Origin: Candidatus Zhuqueibacterota bacterium | Lineage (GTDB): Bacteria > SM23-31 | Length of the DNA stretch: 64,000 nt | NCBI GenBank assembly: GCA_042564455.1 | Contig: JBHPLC010000001.1 | Span: forward strand, 23,172-87,171 | Direction of reading: 5' to 3' | Shown here: one piece after another, positions 1-10,545 of the stretch | Numbering within the stretch: position 1 is the first letter of the stretch | How the letters are laid out: each line of letters begins with the position of its first letter | Notes under the pieces: generated by a model | Seen by the model: only the letters and a program-made list of their open reading frames with translations | Databases searched by the model: none | What the model was told of the DNA's origin: nothing | Position numbers and translations under genes: made by a program

Positions 1-1
1 T

Positions 2-376
2 GATCTTAATAAACTGCAGGATGTCGAAAGTCTTGCAGAGAAAGTGGCGGATCAGGCAGGATTATCAGATGAAAATAAAGATAACCTTGCAATAGCAGTT
101 ACCGAGGCAGTTAATAATGCTATCATCCACGGAAATAATAGTGATAAGAATAAAAAAGTGTCGATCGATTTTCAGATAGCAAAAAATGATATAAAAGTTA
201 TAATTAAAGATGAAGGAAACGGTTTTAATCCGAAGAATCTCAACAATCCTACAACTCCGGAGAACCTTTATAAGGAAAGCGGAAGAGGAATATTTATATT
301 AAGAACAATTATGAAAAAAGTAGATTTCGATTTTTCTTCTAAAGGGACTGTAATTATAATGACCATGAAAATATAA
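2..376 (+). CDS. Anti-sigma regulatory factor / serine-protein kinase (RsbW/SpoIIAB-like GHKL ATPase), 5' end outside window
   Basis: Frame is open from the window edge (no stop between 2 and the GTG at 44). It has the N-box 'AVTEAVNNAIIHGN', G1 box 'IKDEGNGF' and G2 box 'GRGIFIL', and ends in TAA. Confidence 0.7.
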   Translation, partial: DLNKLQDVESLAEKVADQAGLSDENKDNLAIAVTEAVNNAIIHGNNSDKNKKVSIDFQIAKNDIKVIIKDEGNGFNPKNLNNPTTPENLYKESGRGIFILRTIMKKVDFDFSSKGTVIIMTMKI

Positions 377-390
377 TGTTATCAGTTATA

Positions 391-430
391 AAAATAAAAA
401 ACCCCGGTTTATTAAACCGGGGTTTTTTTG
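391..430. terminator. Bidirectional intrinsic terminator between convergent genes
   Basis: A-run 391-400, then stem ACCCCGGTTT (401-410) / AAACCGGGGT (414-423), then T-run 423-429. It sits between the rsbW-like stop and the groEL stop. Confidence 0.7.
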
Positions 431-444
431 TTTGGGGAACTTTA

Positions 445-2088
<1,644 letters not shown>

Positions 2089-2109
2089 CTAAATGATCAA
2101 TTTATTAAA

Positions 2110-2397
2110 CTATCCTAAAATCGCGAGAAGCTCGCTTTCTCTAATGATTAAATACTCTTCACCATCAACGGTTACTTCAGTTCCGCCATATTTGGAATAC
2201 AGAACTTTGTCACCGACTTTGACTTCGGGTTTGATCAGGCTTCCGGAATCCGAATACTTACCGGGACCAACAGCCTTAATAATACCTTCCTGCGGTTTTT
2301 CTTTAGCAGTATCAGGTAAATAAATACCGCCTTTGGTCTTATCAATCGGGTCAACAGATTTAACTACGATCCGATCAGCAAGTGGCTTGATCTTCAT
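2110..2397 (-). CDS. groES: Co-chaperonin GroES (Cpn10)
   Basis: Sequence is 'MKIKPLADRIVVK...GDKVLYSKYGGTEV'. The track start at 2415 was trimmed to the ATG at 2397 because AGGAGG (complement of 2405-2410) lies 7 nt upstream of it. Confidence 0.93.
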   Translation of the reverse strand: MKIKPLADRIVVKSVDPIDKTKGGIYLPDTAKEKPQEGIIKAVGPGKYSDSGSLIKPEVKVGDKVLYSKYGGTEVTVDGEEYLIIRESELLAILG

Positions 2398-2485
2398 ATT
2401 AAAACCTCCTACCAAAAATAATTTAGTGTTAAAAGTGAATTTTAATTTTATTTAAACTCAGATACATGCTTAAACATGATTATTA

Positions 2486-2512
2486 TTAGCACTCTCTTAT
2501 AGTGAGTGCTAA
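2486..2512 (-). promoter_or_regulatory. CIRCE operator (HrcA binding site)
   Basis: Exact match to the consensus TTAGCACTC-N9-GAGTGCTAA: TTAGCACTC 2486-2494, 9-nt spacer, GAGTGCTAA 2504-2512. It sits directly upstream of groES. Confidence 0.9.
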
Positions 2513-2541
2513 ATAATACATTAATATTACGTAAAAGTCAA
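2513..2541 (-). promoter_or_regulatory. Putative sigma70-type groESL promoter
   Basis: On the minus strand, TTGACT (2541-2536), a 17-nt spacer and TATTAT (2518-2513) abut the CIRCE element. Confidence 0.55.
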
Positions 2542-2596
2542 GTGAAATTTTAATAAATTATTGTGCTTAAAAAGAGAGTTTGCGTGCTGGATGTCT

Positions 2597-3376
2597 CTAT
2601 ACGTATGTCTCGTATATTTTTTTAGCCTGAGGTCCGATCATTCCGATGATCTCGCGTGTTTTGCAGGAATAATCCATACCCATAACAGGGACATGTTTTG
2701 GAGGTTTTGTATCAAAAAGTGTCTCTATGAAAGGAAATTGTAATATAATTGATTCAGGTAAATAGATCTGACCGCTTACGGCGGATTTGCCGATACCCCT
2801 GGACGTTAATGCCGGTTTACCTGAAATTGATGTATATGGGTATTCATTTTTCGGATGATCCATTAAGTTGACATCTCCAAAATCAAGACCAAAACCGATC
2901 TTCCATGAATCATCATGATAAAATTCCCAATTTCTGTTGAGCTTATTTAAAATATATCTCATTCTTAAAGCTGCTATAATTGAATTTTTTATGGCTTCAA
3001 TAGGACTCCTTGTAATTGTATATGCATAGGAAGCGCCGTTACCGGTAAATCTGTCAATAACACCATCTTCTGAGGTTATAATATCGGTGAATACAGAGAC
3101 AAGGTGGTTCAGGCATTTTCCGAATTTTTCCTGTTCGTTCTTCATTCTCAGGATAATGCGGTCTAAATTTTTTATTGCAAAAAATCCTACTGCTGCTGTT
3201 TCAGTATGCCCTGAAGTGACTTTTTCTAAAGCCAGTTTAGTAACTGACGGCATAGAACCGTCCTGCTCAGATTCATCGATCTGTTTTCTTGTATAAGAAG
3301 GGAATGAAAATTTACTGTATCCTTTTTTGGATATTTTTGATTTGTGGATCTTTATTTTCATGTCAGCCATATTCAA
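2597..3376 (-). CDS. Hypothetical protein with a degenerate class III nucleotidyl-cyclase-like domain
   Basis: 259-aa ORF. By-eye resemblance to the cyclase homology domain: 'AAVGFFAIKNLDRI' vs the F-x-D-I-x-G-F-T strand, 'DRFTGNGASYAY' vs K-x-x-GD, 'KIGFGLDFGDV' vs RIGIHTG. Both metal-binding Asp positions appear substituted. Confidence 0.4.
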   Translation of the reverse strand: MNMADMKIKIHKSKISKKGYSKFSFPSYTRKQIDESEQDGSMPSVTKLALEKVTSGHTETAAVGFFAIKNLDRIILRMKNEQEKFGKCLNHLVSVFTDIITSEDGVIDRFTGNGASYAYTITRSPIEAIKNSIIAALRMRYILNKLNRNWEFYHDDSWKIGFGLDFGDVNLMDHPKNEYPYTSISGKPALTSRGIGKSAVSGQIYLPESIILQFPFIETLFDTKPPKHVPVMGMDYSCKTREIIGMIGPQAKKIYETYV

Positions 3377-3475
3377 TTCCCGCTTTTTGAGATATTTGTT
3401 CGTGAGACTATTATATAATTTAAAGGATGGTGATAGAAGTATAATAAAGATGAAAACAATATTTTACCCTGATTT

Positions 3476-3955
3476 TTATGGATAAATAAAATCTTTCCCT
3501 GTAATTTTGTATTTAATCCTGAAAACCTTATCTGCTTTGGTTGTGGCAATAATATTAAATGTTCCGGTTTTTCCTGCATCAAGCGTGCTTGTGCTTATTT
3601 GTCTGTCCAGAAATATTTGCCGTCTACCCTGTATGTAGGAATTTACTGTTTCCAATACTTGTCCTTCGTGGTCAAGAAGAGTGAACTCAATCTTAATAAA
3701 GTGTATCGGAACCTTTTCCTTATTTATTACTTTTCCGATAAAACGTTTTCTCCCGAAATAGTCCTGGGTCTCTTCTAATTCGCCGGATATTTCAAGTTTC
3801 GGATTTTTTATCTGTTCCCTTTCTTTGACCTGAGCAAATACACTGTTATCCGGGATGAATATAATACAGGTCATAACGGTTATCAGTATGACTATTAATA
3901 AATATTTAACAATATTTTTATTGTTCATTTTACCGGGAATTTGTTTTACTATCAC
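3476..3955 (-). CDS. Hypothetical membrane-anchored/secreted protein
   Basis: 159-aa ORF with an N-terminal hydrophobic anchor (YLLIVILITVMTCIIFI). 'IEFTLLDHEGQV' weakly resembles the FxLYD-type motif. No confident family assignment. Confidence 0.5.
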   Translation of the reverse strand: MIVKQIPGKMNNKNIVKYLLIVILITVMTCIIFIPDNSVFAQVKEREQIKNPKLEISGELEETQDYFGRKRFIGKVINKEKVPIHFIKIEFTLLDHEGQVLETVNSYIQGRRQIFLDRQISTSTLDAGKTGTFNIIATTKADKVFRIKYKITGKDFIYP

Positions 3956-4063
3956 ACTATATTTTCATCTTAATTGTTCCCAAACTTTAATATAGAGGCT
4001 TGTTTTTTAGATCCGGACACCCTATAATTCGGAAATATTTATGCAAAATATGTGTATTTTTTG

Positions 4064-4092
4064 TTGACAAGTGAACATAAGTTCATTATATT
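4064..4092 (+). promoter_or_regulatory. lexA promoter with embedded SOS (Cheo-type) box
   Basis: TTGACA 4064-4069, a 17-nt spacer and TATATT 4087-4092. The perfect palindrome TGAAC-ATAA-GTTCA at 4072-4085 (GAAC-N4-GTTC core) lies in the spacer. Confidence 0.65.
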
Positions 4093-4235
4093 ATTGTACG
4101 TATATCAAACAGTATATATGAACAAACTGTATTATTAGAACTGAACATATATTAACTAGAAATGTCGTATCAGTAAATAATATATAATATAATAATTTTG
4201 TCTCGATAACCAAGATTAAAAAGCGAGGTTAGGTT

Positions 4236-4895
4236 ATGACGATCGGCCTTACAAAACGCCAGAAGGAAATATTGGAATTTATCCAATGGAAGTTAACCGA
4301 CCAGGGTTATCCTCCGAGTTTCAGAGAGGTTGCCGCCCATTTTGGTATAAGATCGACAAACGGAGTAAAAGTCCACTATGATGCGCTGGAGAAAAAAGGA
4401 TATATTCGAAGAAATCCCCGTCTTGCAAGAGGTATTGAGCTGACTGAACTTGCCGGAGCACCGTCTCCGGCCGATACTGCCCCGGGATTATACAGTATTC
4501 CTCCCTCAGATGTCAGCCACGTCCCGGTAATAGGCAGGGTTGCTGCCGGAGCACCGATACTTGCTGAAGAAAATCTTGACGGATATGTAGTTGTTGATAA
4601 TTCATTTATTCATGGTGACGGTGTATTTGCTCTTGTTGTTAAGGGTGAAAGTATGAAGGATGCAGGGATTTTTCACAGTGATTATGTGCTTGGTAAGCCC
4701 GCCTCTACCTATTTTCCCGGTGATATTGTTGTTGCAATAATAGGAGATGAAGCCACGGTAAAGCGTTATTATCCCGAAGGAGGACGTGTAAGGCTGGAAC
4801 CTGCAAACCAGGCTTACGGACCAATAATTGTTGAAGAAAATATGGCGGACTTCCGTATTGCGGGAAAAGTTATCGGCGTTATGCGCCGGATGTGA
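4236..4895 (+). CDS. lexA: LexA repressor (S24 peptidase)
   Basis: N-terminal winged HTH 'LTKRQKEILEFI...GYPPSFREVA', cleavage-site region 'VAAGAP', catalytic 'GESM' serine and a 'VKRY' lysine context. Ends in TGA. Confidence 0.93.
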   Translation: MTIGLTKRQKEILEFIQWKLTDQGYPPSFREVAAHFGIRSTNGVKVHYDALEKKGYIRRNPRLARGIELTELAGAPSPADTAPGLYSIPPSDVSHVPVIGRVAAGAPILAEENLDGYVVVDNSFIHGDGVFALVVKGESMKDAGIFHSDYVLGKPASTYFPGDIVVAIIGDEATVKRYYPEGGRVRLEPANQAYGPIIVEENMADFRIAGKVIGVMRRM

Positions 4896-4947
4896 TGTTT
4901 TTTCGGTATGAGCAGGTTTTATCTGTGTTGATTATGGAGCAGTTTCT

Positions 4948-5202
4948 ATGATGTACGAAGACATATTTCAAACAGTAGACGTAATTTCGCTTTTTCAGCA
5001 TGGTAAGTTAATTCCCCTGAGATTTAAGTGGAATGAGCGTGCTTATAAAATTTCAAAAATTAACGGTGGATGGGTTAGTGATGAGGGCACCAATCGATAT
5101 TACCATTTCTCAGTAATGGCTGATGGTCCCGATTGTTATGAATTGACATTTGATCTGCGTAACATGACATGGGAGCTTTCCCGTGTCTGTATGGATGGAT
5201 AA
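4948..5202 (+). CDS. Small hypothetical protein (84 aa) between lexA and dinB
   Basis: ORF with GGAG about 10 nt upstream. It is tightly packed between lexA and dinB on the same strand. I recognise no family. Confidence 0.5.
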   Translation: MMYEDIFQTVDVISLFQHGKLIPLRFKWNERAYKISKINGGWVSDEGTNRYYHFSVMADGPDCYELTFDLRNMTWELSRVCMDG

Positions 5203-5217
5203 AAAAATGAGAAAAAA

Positions 5218-6486
5218 ATGAGCTGGCACCCGCCCGAAGAGGTAAAAAATAGTCTCCCGGCAAGAAGAATCCCGAATATAGACGACAGAAAAAGAACAAA
5301 GCAGACAGACAGAAGAATAGCGCATATAGATATGGATGCATTCTTTGCAGCTGTAGAACAGCGGGATAATCCGGCTTTGAGAGGCAAACCTGTTATAGTG
5401 GGAGGAAAAGCAGGAGAAAGAGGAGTCGTATCAACCTGCTCATATGAAGCAAGAGAATACGGCGTTAGATCAGGAATGTCGTTAACAGAAGCACAAAGAT
5501 TATGTCCTCACGGTGAATATGTACGAACTCACGGAAAAAAATATACATATACAGCAGTTCAGCTGATTGGAATATATCATAAATATACTCCGGTAGTCGA
5601 ACCGGTTAGTATCGATGAGGCATACCTGGATATTACAGGCTGCAGCAAAATATATGAGTCGGAAGAGAAATTTGGAAAAACAATTAAAAAAGAGATTGAA
5701 AACAGGACAGGTCTGACCGGAACTGTCGGGATAGCACATAATAGAATATACGCAAAGCTGGCTACAGGAATGGAAAAACCTGACGGGCTGACTATAATAA
5801 ATAAAAGGAAAATTCCAGATAGAGTATATCCTTTACCGGTTGAAAAATTATGGGGAATAGGAGCGAGTACTCAAAAAACTTTAAATAAATTAAAAATAAT
5901 TACGATAGGAGACCTTGCAAACTGCCCGGTAAACATCCTGAAAAAATATTTTGGAATAAACGGGGAGCATTTATCTCTGGTTGCAAAAGGAGAAAGCAGT
6001 TCGGAAATAATAAACAATGATAACAGAGAAGATGAAAAATCAGTGGGAAATGAGAGGACCTTTGCCGTAGATGAGACAAATATTGATATAATAATGAAGT
6101 GGCTGATGAAATTATCTCAAAAGGTCGGCAGAAGACTCAGGAAAGCCGGATTCGGAGGAAAAACCGTTACTTTCAAGCTTAGATATTCCGATTTTGAAAC
6201 TCTTACTCACAGGGAGACATTTCCAGGTCTGATGTGGGATGACAAAGAAATATATAATGCAGGGAAGATGCTTTTTGAACAGGTCTACAAAACAGGAAGA
6301 CCGGTAAGATTGATCGGAATATCTGTTTCAAAATTAATCAGGCTGGTTTTCAGCGATAATAATTTAATTCATCAGGGGGATCTTTTTGAATCAGAAAATA
6401 AAAAGCGGAAGGTTACTCCGGTTATGGATAAATTGAGAGATAAATACGGTGAGAAGATCATATCGAGATTCAGTGGTTTGACCTGA
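5218..6486 (+). CDS. dinB: DNA polymerase IV (Y-family)
   Basis: 'IAHIDMDAFFAAVEQRDNPALRGKPVIVGG', 'SIDEAYLDIT' and the little-finger region. The only in-frame ATG gives a ~30-aa N-terminal extension before the conserved start motif. Ends in TGA. Confidence 0.9.
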   Translation: MSWHPPEEVKNSLPARRIPNIDDRKRTKQTDRRIAHIDMDAFFAAVEQRDNPALRGKPVIVGGKAGERGVVSTCSYEAREYGVRSGMSLTEAQRLCPHGEYVRTHGKKYTYTAVQLIGIYHKYTPVVEPVSIDEAYLDITGCSKIYESEEKFGKTIKKEIENRTGLTGTVGIAHNRIYAKLATGMEKPDGLTIINKRKIPDRVYPLPVEKLWGIGASTQKTLNKLKIITIGDLANCPVNILKKYFGINGEHLSLVAKGESSSEIINNDNREDEKSVGNERTFAVDETNIDIIMKWLMKLSQKVGRRLRKAGFGGKTVTFKLRYSDFETLTHRETFPGLMWDDKEIYNAGKMLFEQVYKTGRPVRLIGISVSKLIRLVFSDNNLIHQGDLFESENKKRKVTPVMDKLRDKYGEKIISRFSGLT

Positions 6487-6491
6487 TCTTC

Positions 6492-7865
6492 TCATATCCA
6501 GGGGAATATTCCTGAAACCCCATACTCTTTTCTTCCGATCAGCTTTTTCATATCCCCTGATATTTGTTTTTTGATCGTCAGGAAATCCAGTTCATTATAA
6601 AATTCCCACCTGTCTATCAGTTCACCGACAAGTACGCTTAATAGGATATACCAGTAATATTCTCCGCTTGTGATCTGCATTGTCAATATTGGAATAAAAA
6701 AGCCGAATATTATTCTTATTGCGCTTACTGCTATCCTGCCTTTTTTCTTATTTTTGTAATTGAAACTTCTACGGAAAGTATATAGAAAAAGCCTGATAAA
6801 ACCGAACCAACCGATTATTATCCACTGCTCTGTAAAAATTCCGATAAGATATAATCCTGATAAGATTGCCGATGCGCTGTGGATCTTTGTTACAGCTATC
6901 CTGGTTTTTATTTTATATACTTTATCGATCGAAAACAGCGTCAATATCCCAAGACTTGCTGCTGTCCAGCCGATTACTGTTTCGTGAAATATCAGATATA
7001 TTAATGAGATAGTAAAGAATAAGTTTGTTAATAGTATTTCTCTGCTTATCCATGATCTTTTTATATTTATTATCGCATTGACAGATCTTTCCGGTTTTCC
7101 AAGATGAAATGTACTTATTAATAATCCAGTGACTGCAATCGGGAAAAATGATAGAATATGAATCGAATAGTCAGAGATAAGACTTCCTGTTAAATAGGCT
7201 GTTAGAAACGACATTATCAGCGTAAATATTAACAGCGGCCATTCCTGCGTTATCGATACTTTTTTATCGTTATTTGTCTTAATTCCATTATATTTTTCTC
7301 TTCTGTCTTTATCTTCACCAGACAATTTGGGAAATACATTGTTTTTCCTTAAATGCTTTATTTCTATAACCGGTCTGATCCCGATCTCCGGAAAACCCGG
7401 GTATTCAATTTTCTTTTTAAAATCACTGATATCTACAGTTTCCAGTGCTCCTGTCGGGCAACCGGTTACACATGCCGGCTTGAATCCGTTTTCTTTCCGA
7501 TGATCGCAGAACGTACACTTCTGCATTACTTTTGCTTTGGTGTCATATTTTGGTGCATCATAAGGGCAGACCCAGGAGCAGTATCTGCATCCGATACATT
7601 TCTCAGGATCGATTATTACGTTTCCGGAATCTTTATTCTTTGAAATAGCCCATGCCGGACAATTTTTCAGGCAGACGGGTTTTTCACAGTGGTTGCAGGA
7701 GACTGAATAGTAAAATACAGGTATCCCTGGGACATTCGCTTCATTGAACGTTTCAACAATACGCCAGCTGTTTCCCCAGCCAAGATCGTTTTCGATCTCA
7801 CAGGCTAACTGACAGGCCTGACAGCCTGTACATTTATTCAGATCTATTTTAAAACCTATCTGCAT
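6492..7865 (-). CDS. Four-cluster [4Fe-4S] ferredoxin subunit (DmsB-like) fused to a polytopic membrane anchor (DmsC/NrfD-like)
   Basis: The N-terminal ~190 aa contain four Cys clusters (CTGCQACQLAC, CNHCEKPVCLKNCP, CIGCRYCSWVCP, CTFC...CVTGCP). The C-terminal ~260 aa consist of multiple hydrophobic helices. The start was taken at ATG 7865 (MQIGFKIDLNKC), 1 nt after the upstream gene's TGA. Confidence 0.8.
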   Translation of the reverse strand: MQIGFKIDLNKCTGCQACQLACEIENDLGWGNSWRIVETFNEANVPGIPVFYYSVSCNHCEKPVCLKNCPAWAISKNKDSGNVIIDPEKCIGCRYCSWVCPYDAPKYDTKAKVMQKCTFCDHRKENGFKPACVTGCPTGALETVDISDFKKKIEYPGFPEIGIRPVIEIKHLRKNNVFPKLSGEDKDRREKYNGIKTNNDKKVSITQEWPLLIFTLIMSFLTAYLTGSLISDYSIHILSFFPIAVTGLLISTFHLGKPERSVNAIINIKRSWISREILLTNLFFTISLIYLIFHETVIGWTAASLGILTLFSIDKVYKIKTRIAVTKIHSASAILSGLYLIGIFTEQWIIIGWFGFIRLFLYTFRRSFNYKNKKKGRIAVSAIRIIFGFFIPILTMQITSGEYYWYILLSVLVGELIDRWEFYNELDFLTIKKQISGDMKKLIGRKEYGVSGIFPWI

Positions 7866-7866
7866 A

Positions 7867-9921
7867 TCAGATCTTTTTAATTTCGACAAGATTATCATGA
7901 AAAGCTGCACCGTAACCCATATCTGTTTCTCTTTCTTTAGATAAGTAGTTAACGGTTCCGTTTTCCGTTATCCACCAGCCATTTGTAACGGCAACGCATC
8001 CGGCTTTAATTCCATGATCTATTTTAGAATTTATTTTTAGTCTGCCTCTATCGTTAAAAATTTCAATCAGGTCACCATTTTCTATATTACGGTTTTCCGC
8101 GTCCTTTGGATTTATTGAGATATAAGGTTTTTCGCTGACATTCTTTATCATCTGAAGATTGTTGAACTGAGAATGAATTCTGTTTTTTGTATTAGGTGTC
8201 AGGAAATATAAAGGATATTTATCCGATAATTCTTTATTCGATACAGTTGATTCTTCAGACTCCTTAAAATCTGGTAAAACATTTGTTTCCCAGAGCTCAG
8301 AGGCTTGTTCAGATAATAATTCTATTTTACCTGACGGTGTGCTGAACTTTAGATCAGACCATGCGGTTTCTACATGATACGGTGAAAGAACAGGCCCTTC
8401 TTTTAGTTTTTCTAATGAAAGTTCCGGAAAAGGTTTTAAAAAACGTTCCAGATAATTCTGAATATCATCCTCAGAAGGTGCCGGTATATAGCGGTCGATA
8501 TCTTCCTTAGAAAAACCGAGTCGTTTTGCCAAATGATGATATATCTCCGTTTCAGGTTTTACTGATCCCGGTGGATCTAAAATCTTCTGTTTAAGCTGAA
8601 TATAAGTATGCCAGTATGCATTGATAATATCAGTCTGCTCGAACATAGTTTTTGCGGGTAAAATGATGTCGGCTTCCCTGGCTGTATCGGTTAAGAACTG
8701 ATCCACAACAACACGCAGTTCGAGTGAACGTAAAGCTTCAAGAGTTTTGGGGGTTTCGGGATTGGTTGTAACCGGATTAGCGCGTTCAACCCAGATCATT
8801 TTTACAGGTGGATCTTTTTGTTCTATTATCCCGCTGCCGAGTTTTGCAACTGAGATCGATTTTCTTATAATTCCGTCACCTGTTGCTGGAGGATATGATG
8901 CAACCGGATCTTTTATATCATCAAAGATGTGACTCTGGAGGTTTGCATACAGCCAACCACTGCCGGATTTGCCGATATTGCCTGTTATAGCATTAAGAGC
9001 AAGGATAGACCGCATCGTCTGTCCGCTGTTTGTATATCTCTGCATACCGAACCCGGCAGAAATAGTCATTGGTTTTATCGTGCCGATGTATTCGGTCAGC
9101 CGTTTAATATAATTCTCAGGGATATCTGTGATCTCAGAGACTTTATCCGGAGTAAATTCTTCGATATTTTTTGAAAATTCTTCATAACCTTTTACATGTT
9201 TACTTATGAATTCCCTGTCTGCATAGTTGTTTTTGATCAGCTGATTCGCAATACCTAAAGCTAAAGCGCCGTCAGTTCCCGGTCTCGGCTGGATCAATAA
9301 TTCGGCTCTTTCTGATGATGGAGTTCTTCTCGGATCAATAATTATCAATTTTGCACCGTTTTCCAGTGCATTGTCTATAAAGGACATCTGGTGAATATTT
9401 GTCTCAGCAGGGTTTTTACCCCATATAATTATTAATTTGGCTTTCTCGATGTCCCATGGAGCACTGTTCTTATTTTCACCAAGAGTAAGACGGGTTGCTT
9501 CCAATCCGGACTGCCAGCAAAGATCTCCGTATGTAGTAGTATATCCTCCGTAAAGTCTCCAGAAATTTGAAGATACCGAGTTCAAAAGTCCTTTAGTACC
9601 GCTGGCGGAATAAAATAAAACGCTCTGCGGTCCATATTCCTTTTTGAAGTATTGCAGCTTTTCAGACATGATATCTAAAACTGAATCCCATGAAATATCT
9701 TCAAATTCACCTGTCTTATTGTTTTTTATGAGTGGACAAAGAATTCTTTCCGGAGAATAAACACGCTCAATATAACTTAGTCCCTTTAAACAGACACCCT
9801 GTGAAGTGGCTTTATTTTGAGGATGGCCTTCAATATTTTTGATCTTTCCATTATCTACATAAACGGTCATACTGCAGGTACTGTAGCAGTTTCTCGGGCA
9901 GGCAGTTAAAAATGTTTTCAT
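7867..9921 (-). CDS. Molybdopterin (bis-MGD) oxidoreductase catalytic subunit, DMSO-reductase superfamily, no Tat signal
   Basis: 684 aa with an N-terminal FeS motif 'CPRNCYSTCS...GVCLKG'. Length and organisation are typical of MopB enzymes. There is no RRxFLK leader. Substrate not inferable. Confidence 0.8.
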   Translation of the reverse strand: MKTFLTACPRNCYSTCSMTVYVDNGKIKNIEGHPQNKATSQGVCLKGLSYIERVYSPERILCPLIKNNKTGEFEDISWDSVLDIMSEKLQYFKKEYGPQSVLFYSASGTKGLLNSVSSNFWRLYGGYTTTYGDLCWQSGLEATRLTLGENKNSAPWDIEKAKLIIIWGKNPAETNIHQMSFIDNALENGAKLIIIDPRRTPSSERAELLIQPRPGTDGALALGIANQLIKNNYADREFISKHVKGYEEFSKNIEEFTPDKVSEITDIPENYIKRLTEYIGTIKPMTISAGFGMQRYTNSGQTMRSILALNAITGNIGKSGSGWLYANLQSHIFDDIKDPVASYPPATGDGIIRKSISVAKLGSGIIEQKDPPVKMIWVERANPVTTNPETPKTLEALRSLELRVVVDQFLTDTAREADIILPAKTMFEQTDIINAYWHTYIQLKQKILDPPGSVKPETEIYHHLAKRLGFSKEDIDRYIPAPSEDDIQNYLERFLKPFPELSLEKLKEGPVLSPYHVETAWSDLKFSTPSGKIELLSEQASELWETNVLPDFKESEESTVSNKELSDKYPLYFLTPNTKNRIHSQFNNLQMIKNVSEKPYISINPKDAENRNIENGDLIEIFNDRGRLKINSKIDHGIKAGCVAVTNGWWITENGTVNYLSKERETDMGYGAAFHDNLVEIKKI

Positions 9922-10089
9922 ATTTTATTGAATTTTTGAATTGAACCTGAAATATAACAATATTGATACGAAAAAAAAACAGTTTTCCCCGTTTTCGGTT
10001 GATTTTTAGCTATCTGCTTTTTACCTTGAAAAGTTAATATAAGTACGCTGCCGTTCGAGAAATTCAGGTATTGGTGATAGAGGATTTAA

Positions 10090-10488
10090 ATGAATAAAAT
10101 ACTAATTATCGAAGATTCTCAACCTTTAATCTCCTTTCTTACAAAAAATATTCTTTTGAATGGTATGGATTGTGATTTCATCTTTCAGACCGGTGATCTG
10201 TCGCGTGAAGAGATAACAAACAGAATATTCAGTATTTCTCCCGATTTGATCATTCTTGATCTGAAAATGCCGGGTGCGGGTGGGATTGCAATACTTGAAG
10301 AGCTTAGATTTAAAGAGAAAGAAAAATCCAAAGAGCATATTCCTGTAATAATCCTGACAGCTTTGGATGCTGATCCGGAAGAGAAAGAATATTTAAAAAA
10401 GTATGCTGATATAGTAGAGTATGTTCAAAAACCTATAAATAACATACCTGATTTTATTAATATTGTAAAAAAACACTCCGGTAAATAA
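10090..10488 (+). CDS. Stand-alone response-regulator receiver domain protein
   Basis: 'ILIIEDS', 'DLIILDLKMPG' (phospho-acceptor Asp context) and 'VIILTA'. No output domain. Confidence 0.85.
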   Translation: MNKILIIEDSQPLISFLTKNILLNGMDCDFIFQTGDLSREEITNRIFSISPDLIILDLKMPGAGGIAILEELRFKEKEKSKEHIPVIILTALDADPEEKEYLKKYADIVEYVQKPINNIPDFINIVKKHSGK

Positions 10489-10545
10489 TATAACCGGACA
10501 TCATCTATTTATTCCAATAATTTTATATAATTTATGAGGGAAATT

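Noticed and set aside
4110-4131. E. coli-type SOS box (CTGT-N8-ACAG) or additional Cheo boxes upstream of lexA
   Set aside because: The inverted repeat here is ACAGT-N12-ACTGT, which has the wrong polarity and spacing. GAAC-AAAC-TGTA (4120-4131) and GAAC-ATAT-ATTA (4143-4154) each keep only one good half-site. Only 4072-4085 is convincing.
5203-5220. Four-codon mini-ORF (ATG AGA AAA AAA TGA) overlapping the dinB ATG as a regulatory leader peptide
   Set aside because: It is too short and sits in an A-rich stretch where such patterns are expected by chance. There is no supporting structure.
5075-5387. Three overlapping minus-strand ORFs across the orf84/dinB junction
   Set aside because: They overlap one another in different frames and are antisense to supported genes. 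No RBS or recognisable motifs.
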